The notes under the pieces are model-generated. The model did not search any database and was not told the DNA's origin. It was given only the letters and a program-made list of their open reading frames with translations. A stretch of DNA of 63,925 bases, counting the filler, from Olpidium bornovanus S191 (Eukaryota; Fungi; Olpidiomycota), in NCBI GenBank assembly GCA_017911155.1. It is 32 parts of 32 records of this genome, joined end to end, with 100 filler letters (N's around TTAATTAATTAA, not from the genome) between each part and the next. Parts side by side here need not be neighbours in the genome. Positions count along the whole stretch, not along the records: positions 58,885 to 59,963 come from JAEFCI010000166.1; positions 60,064 to 61,817 come from JAEFCI010001382.1; positions 61,918 to 63,925 come from JAEFCI010007481.1; 29 more parts are not named here. One strand, written 5' to 3'. The position numbers were made by a program, and so were the translations under genes. Of this stretch, positions 59,111 through 63,925 are shown piece after piece; the first letter of the stretch is position 1; every line of letters begins with the position of its first letter.

Positions 59111-60635
59111 CGGGCCCCACTCGGTATTTTTGCCAGCCGGCCTCTGGCAGATCCTCACCAACAGAGGCGCGCACTGTTGCACGTTTAGAAGAAAAATAAA
59201 ATGCCAAGCGGCCCTTCACACGTACTGCCCATCCCGTCCCTTCCCCCCCCCCCTTCTCCCACCCACATCCCCTGCCCATTTGATTATTTAATTCTGCCCT
59301 GTTTCCCAACGAGCACTTTTTTTTTTATTCCCAACGCAGCGACGCTCAAAGAAAACTGATAGAATTCCGTTTACGAAGAATGCGCCATTACCGCTACCGG
59401 GGAGCGAGGGTGTGGAGGGTTGTTGGAATCCGGTCTAGCCCCACATGAAGCATGTGGTTTTCTTTTTTTTATTATTGAAAAACACACCTTTGACTTTGGT
59501 GAGGCGAGCAAGGCTCGGAAGCAGGAGCGAGGGTGGGCTGTATCTGACGCTGCTGGGCCGGATCGACCGCGTCGCGACCGTCCACGGCCATTCTGCGGGG
59601 CTTCCGCGGCAACGGGGCGTTCCCCATCTGCCCCCCTCCCCCCCCCTCCCCCCAACCATTCTTCCCTCTCTAATCGCAAAGGATGGGCCCGAGCCTCGGT
59701 TAACGGTAGGGTCATCGATGTGTGGGGAGATGTGACCGCGGCACAGGCGGAGCGAGACGCGGGAAGCTATCCACTCCTATCCTCCGCGGGAACTATTCCT
59801 GGTCCTCCATTGGGTCCTCAAACGGAACGTAAACGAGACGAGCAATCTATTGGCTGACAGGAACGGGGTATTTGCAGACGGAGTGCCATCCTTGTTAATC
59901 ATCCCTCAAAGGTATCGAGCGATGAAAATGTGAGTTTCGGAATTGTGGAACGAATCTGCATGGNNNNNNNNNNNNNNNNNNNNNNNNNNNNNNNNNNNNN
60001 NNNNNNNTTAATTAATTAANNNNNNNNNNNNNNNNNNNNNNNNNNNNNNNNNNNNNNNNNNNNCATGCTCTCCCAGATTTTAGTGTTGGGCATAATAGGT
60101 AACTGTCTTGACTAAATTTGTTCTCCACGCGCATCACAGATGTTTTCTTAGGCTCTTTTCTTCAAAAAGTTGCAGGTGCTTGAAGTCATTGAAGAGTTAC
60201 GTTTGAAAAAATCCACATTCACTTAAGCCATCGATGAAGCCGGGCATGACTGGTTGTTTTTTTTTTCAAAAAATGTACAATTGTTTCAGGATGAACCATG
60301 ATCGCGCCATCCCGCAGTTATTGTCTTCCCCGTCCTGCTGTGGCCACTGCTGTCACTTCTATGCGCATCAGCTGGACGAGTCCTGGCGCTCCGACAACAG
60401 CCATCGGAGCCTTCGGGTGAAGTTTGAGGTGCGTGTTGTGGCCTTGCCGTCCTGTCGCTCCCATTTATCGCGCGTGGCCCTGGCTTGTGAGGAGAGACGC
60501 ACCCTGATGGGGGATTGCTTCAGCGTACACACGGGCGCGGGCCTGTTGATTTTTCTCGTACTTAAAGATTCCCGATCGCGCCAACGCCGGTAACCCCCAG
60601 AGCTCCACGTAACCACAAAAACAAACAAAATAACA

Positions 60636-60647
60636 GGTTATGAGCCC
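60636..60647 (+). promoter_or_regulatory. Primer-binding site complementary to the anticodon arm of initiator tRNA-Met (half-tRNA type)
   Basis: GGTTATGAGCCC is the reverse complement of GGGCUCAUAACC in fungal tRNA-iMet and directly follows an LTR-like CA end. Confidence 0.8.
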
Positions 60648-61791
60648 AACGAGACTACCCTGCCTGTGAACGTCTCTCCCTGCACCGTCGCTCCCCTCCT
60701 CTCCCCTCCCTCCTCCATCTGAGCTTGCCGCGCCCGAAAGCGCCCAGCGCGAAGGAAAGCGAAGAAAGCGCCCGCGCGCGAAGGAGAGCGCCGGCGAAGG
60801 AGAGCGCCCGCGCGCGAAGGAGAACACGAAGGAGAGCGCAAGGAAAGCGCCTGCCGCTGAAGGGCCCCCCCTTCGCGTACCATGGACGGAAGCGCAGCCG
60901 CGCGAGGCGGTGGCGCAGCCGCGCGAGGCGGTGGCGCAGCCGCGCGAGGCGGCGGGGCGCACTCAGAAACCATGGAAGGAGGCGCAGCCGCGCGAGGCGG
61001 CGGGGCGCACGTCAAAAGCGCAGAAACCATGGAAGGCATGCACGAAGGAGCCGACCGTGCTGCGCGAGGCAGCACAACGGAAGCTGAGCGTTACTTTTCT
61101 TCATTTCTTTTTAAAGATGCCAAGGAAGACTGCAAGCGCGGCGTCGAAGCCACGGAGGCCGCGGACGTACCACGGAAGGCCGCAGCTGTGCCACGGAAGA
61201 CCGCCTTCTTGTGTTAGAGCGTGATCAAAAACCATTCTAACTCTCCTGCAACGCTTGACCAACACACAGGAAGAAGTAAAGTGGAGCCGTCCATAAGCAC
61301 GTTTCCACAAGAGTGTTATCCCCGTGCCTCAACACAGTACAGGGCGGCAGAGAGAGACGAAGATGACACCAGGTCAACTGCGTCAAGTACGAGTAGCTCT
61401 ACAAGAGCTACACTCTGGCAAGTGAAACAAATACTCCAATGTGTCCCTAAGTACGACGGACAGGGCGGAGCGGACAAGCTCGAACTTTTCATCACCAAGT
61501 TCGACCGATATGACAAAATGGCAGGCAACCCCATTGATGGTGACATAAAGTTGGACCAAGCAGTCGCTCTGCTAGAGGGAAAAGCGGCAAAACTCTGGAT
61601 GGCTCATGCAGTCAAACATCCAGACGGGTCCCTGACTCGATGGACCTCGTGGGTCGAGTTGAAACAGGCGTTAAGGAAACGCCTGTACCCGTTTAACATG
61701 TTGGTACTCAAGCCCGTACTCAAGCCCTCACTGCCCTCAAAGTAGTTACCGCTCGAACCCCAAAATAAACAAAACACATAACCAAACCACA

Positions 61792-61803
61792 GGTTATGAG
61801 CCC
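61792..61803 (+). promoter_or_regulatory. Second half-tRNA-iMet primer-binding site
   Basis: Same 12-mer after an AC-rich tract ending in CA. Confidence 0.8.
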
Positions 61804-62009
61804 AACTGCGCCCTGCCNNNNNNNNNNNNNNNNNNNNNNNNNNNNNNNNNNNNNNNNNNNNTTAATTAATTAANNNNNNNNNNNNNNNNNNNNNNNNNNN
61901 NNNNNNNNNNNNNNNNNCTCTCCGCATCCCCCCCCCGCCCTTTCATGTGGGCCTTGCGGTTCCCCCCGCGCGGTGATTTCCCTCGACCAGGGAGCGCGAA
62001 CACCTTGTT

Positions 62010-63357
62010 TTCAAGGACGACCCGCACTTGCTAGCTTACCGCCCGCAGACGACGTACAAGACGGCGTTCGAGACGTCGGCCGCGAGCGATGCGGAGCGCG
62101 CGTACACGGTCCACGGGCGCACCCGCGGCCGGCTGGGCGACGGCTCCGAGGTCCTTGGCCCGCCGGACGAAGCCAAGGGCGGGGCGAAGCTTTCTCTGGC
62201 GAGCTTCCGCCCCGGCGGCGCCCGGGCACTGCGGCCCGTCCTGCGCCAGGATTACATGTTGAAGGTGTGTGCGCGCACGTGCCAGGGGGATCTCTGAACT
62301 TCCGCACGGCGCTGGCCCCGTTTCTCGGGGGGGAGGGTGTGGTCGCAAATTCTGAACTTTCTTCTCTCAATTGCGGGGAAGAGCCAGACCAACGCCCTGC
62401 CGCCGTTCCCCTCGAGCGAAGAGGACTGCAGGCGGCTGCAGCGGGTGATTAACGAGATGAACTACGTGAGCTCGTACCAGCAGAGCTACGACCATGAGGA
62501 CCGCCCGTGGCCTGGTAGGAAAGTAAGGCGCGCGGACGATAAAAAAAAAAAAGCGCGTCCGTTTGAAACCCGGGTGTGTGCCAAAAGGTTCGCGGGTTTT
62601 CGTGCATATCCCCACCCCCCAACCCGCGCACCGGAAATTCCCGAAATTTTCACTTTTTCTTTGGTTGTTCCTTATTGGTTCGGGTGGAAACCAGGAGAAA
62701 AAGAAAAACCTCCCGACGACGTCGTTCTCTTTACGTTCTCGTTTTCTGAGCGGCGAGTTTTGTCACAAACCGCCCCCACCTCCACCCCACCGCAGCCGAA
62801 CTGGCCTCAAAACTGGACGCCGTCGGCGGAGGTGGCGAGCGGCAGCTCGAAAGGGGCGCGCCCCCGAAGCCGAAGGCGGCGAACGGCATGGACCGCCCGG
62901 ATCCGCACGTGACCACTTACGCGCTTAACCACGACGCGCCCGACGCCCGCGAGGTGCGTAAACTCGCCGGGGAATGCACGCCGGAGCGATACCACAAGGG
63001 CCAGCGGAAGGGCAAAGGGATGGAGCACGGCTGGAGTCGGACGGCGGTGCTGCGTGAGTTCTGGGGGAGGGAGGAGGAAGAAACGGTGGAATGAATGGCT
63101 GCGACTTTGGCTGACCCTGTGGGCCGTGTGGTCGGCCGCTCGGGCCCGCACAACTTCCCCCCACTCCCCATCCTTTTCTCGTAGCACGAATGTCCGCCCT
63201 GCCCGTCCGCCTCGAGACGTCGTACCACGAGCACTACAACAACACTGTGGTCGAGCGCGGCACCAACGGCCTGTTCTGCGACACAAAGTTGCCACAGACC
63301 CGCCGGAGGCACAACCCGGCCTTTCCGCGGATGGCGAGGGAATTGTGGGGCCAGTGA
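62010..63357 (+). CDS. Putative axonemal microtubule-inner-protein-like gene with repeated (T/S)(T/S)Y motifs, spliced; 5' end uncertain
   Basis: Motifs QTTYKTAF, VSSYQQSY, VTTYALNH and ETSYHEHY lie across exons with plausible GT-AG junctions. Phase-compatible intron 63054-63184; stop at 63357. Confidence 0.5.
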
Positions 63358-63925
63358 CCGGGCTTTCCGCTCCGGTACACCCCTCCTGCTTACCCCCCCG
63401 CCTCCCATCCAACACCCCTTCCGTGCGTTATTGGCTAATTGGCAGCAGCTGCCTTCTTGGAAGATGCAGCGGGGAGGCGGAGCGGGGGGTGGGGGTGAGA
63501 GGGTGGCCGGAGAAGGCGCCGATGTAGTCCTTTTTTCCCCTTCTGTTTCCTATTCGAAGGCAACCGCTAAGTTTGGACTTCGGTGGGAGGCCCCAGGAGA
63601 AGCCCCAGAGGAGGATCAGAGGAGAACCAGGGCGAGGCGGGCGCGCCAACCTAGGAAAAACCGCCGAGGGTATAAAAAAGCATCGTCCTCGTCCTCCCGC
63701 TTAAATTCATCTGGTTGCGTGGGCCTCCAAATTCCCGGTCGTCCCAAAACGCGTTCGTTCTTCTCATACGCGTTATTCTTCGAACCCAAGAACAGGAGGC
63801 AGACGGGACGCGTGTGACAGTCGTTAACGAAAGAGCGAACTGACCACGACAGCGTTTGTGCGCAGTCTCCAATCGCGGCCTCCGCAAGTCGCGGAAGTTG
63901 TCCTGCAGCGGTGGTGGTACCATGC

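Larger units (their letters stand above)
60480..61817 (+). mobile_element. LTR retrotransposon 5' region (LTR end, PBS, repetitive leader, truncated gypsy-type gag) followed by a second LTR end plus PBS; start approximate
   Basis: AACA|GGTTATGAGCCC at 60636. ORFs 60882-61217 and 61221-61745 are in one frame (VPKYDGQGG...AVALLEGKAAKLW...WTSWVELKQALRKRLYP). A second ACCACA|GGTTATGAGCCC lies at 61792. Confidence 0.85.

Overview
This window is not a continuous locus. It is 32 short eukaryotic contigs (about 1-5 kb each) joined by 31 identical 100-bp spacers (44 N + TTAATTAATTAA + 44 N), so gene neighbourhood across spacers carries no meaning. The DNA is GC-rich with GT-AG introns. The gene set (zuotin without SANT domains, Ded1, Dmc1, RalGAP-alpha, an axonemal MIP-like protein, GH15) suggests an early-diverging, probably zoosporic, fungus (inference). 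Recognisable genes, mostly partial: ATP23, ASNSD1, RalGAP-alpha, P5B-ATPase, DMC1, AP-3 sigma, VMA22/CCDC115, ferric reductase, SAL1-type carrier, glucoamylase, an MFS-like transporter, DED1, ZUO1, an Rds1/ferritin-like protein and a RasGEF C-terminus. There are many decayed Ty3/gypsy and Ty1/copia fragments. The most unusual items are: (1) an intron-containing, herpes-UL9/giant-virus-type origin-binding SF2 helicase (38.3-40.0 kb); (2) an intronless bacterial-type HHExxH...ED zinc metallopeptidase with a possible PH/EVH1-like N-terminus (6.4-7.8 kb); (3) a tandem HGNxVHAxR peptide array with dibasic linkers and a synonymous-substitution signature (26.8-27.0 kb); (4) gypsy-type gag elements with a half-tRNA-iMet primer-binding site. 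All identifications come from motif recognition by eye; no database searches were run. No rRNA, tRNA or CRISPR array was seen.
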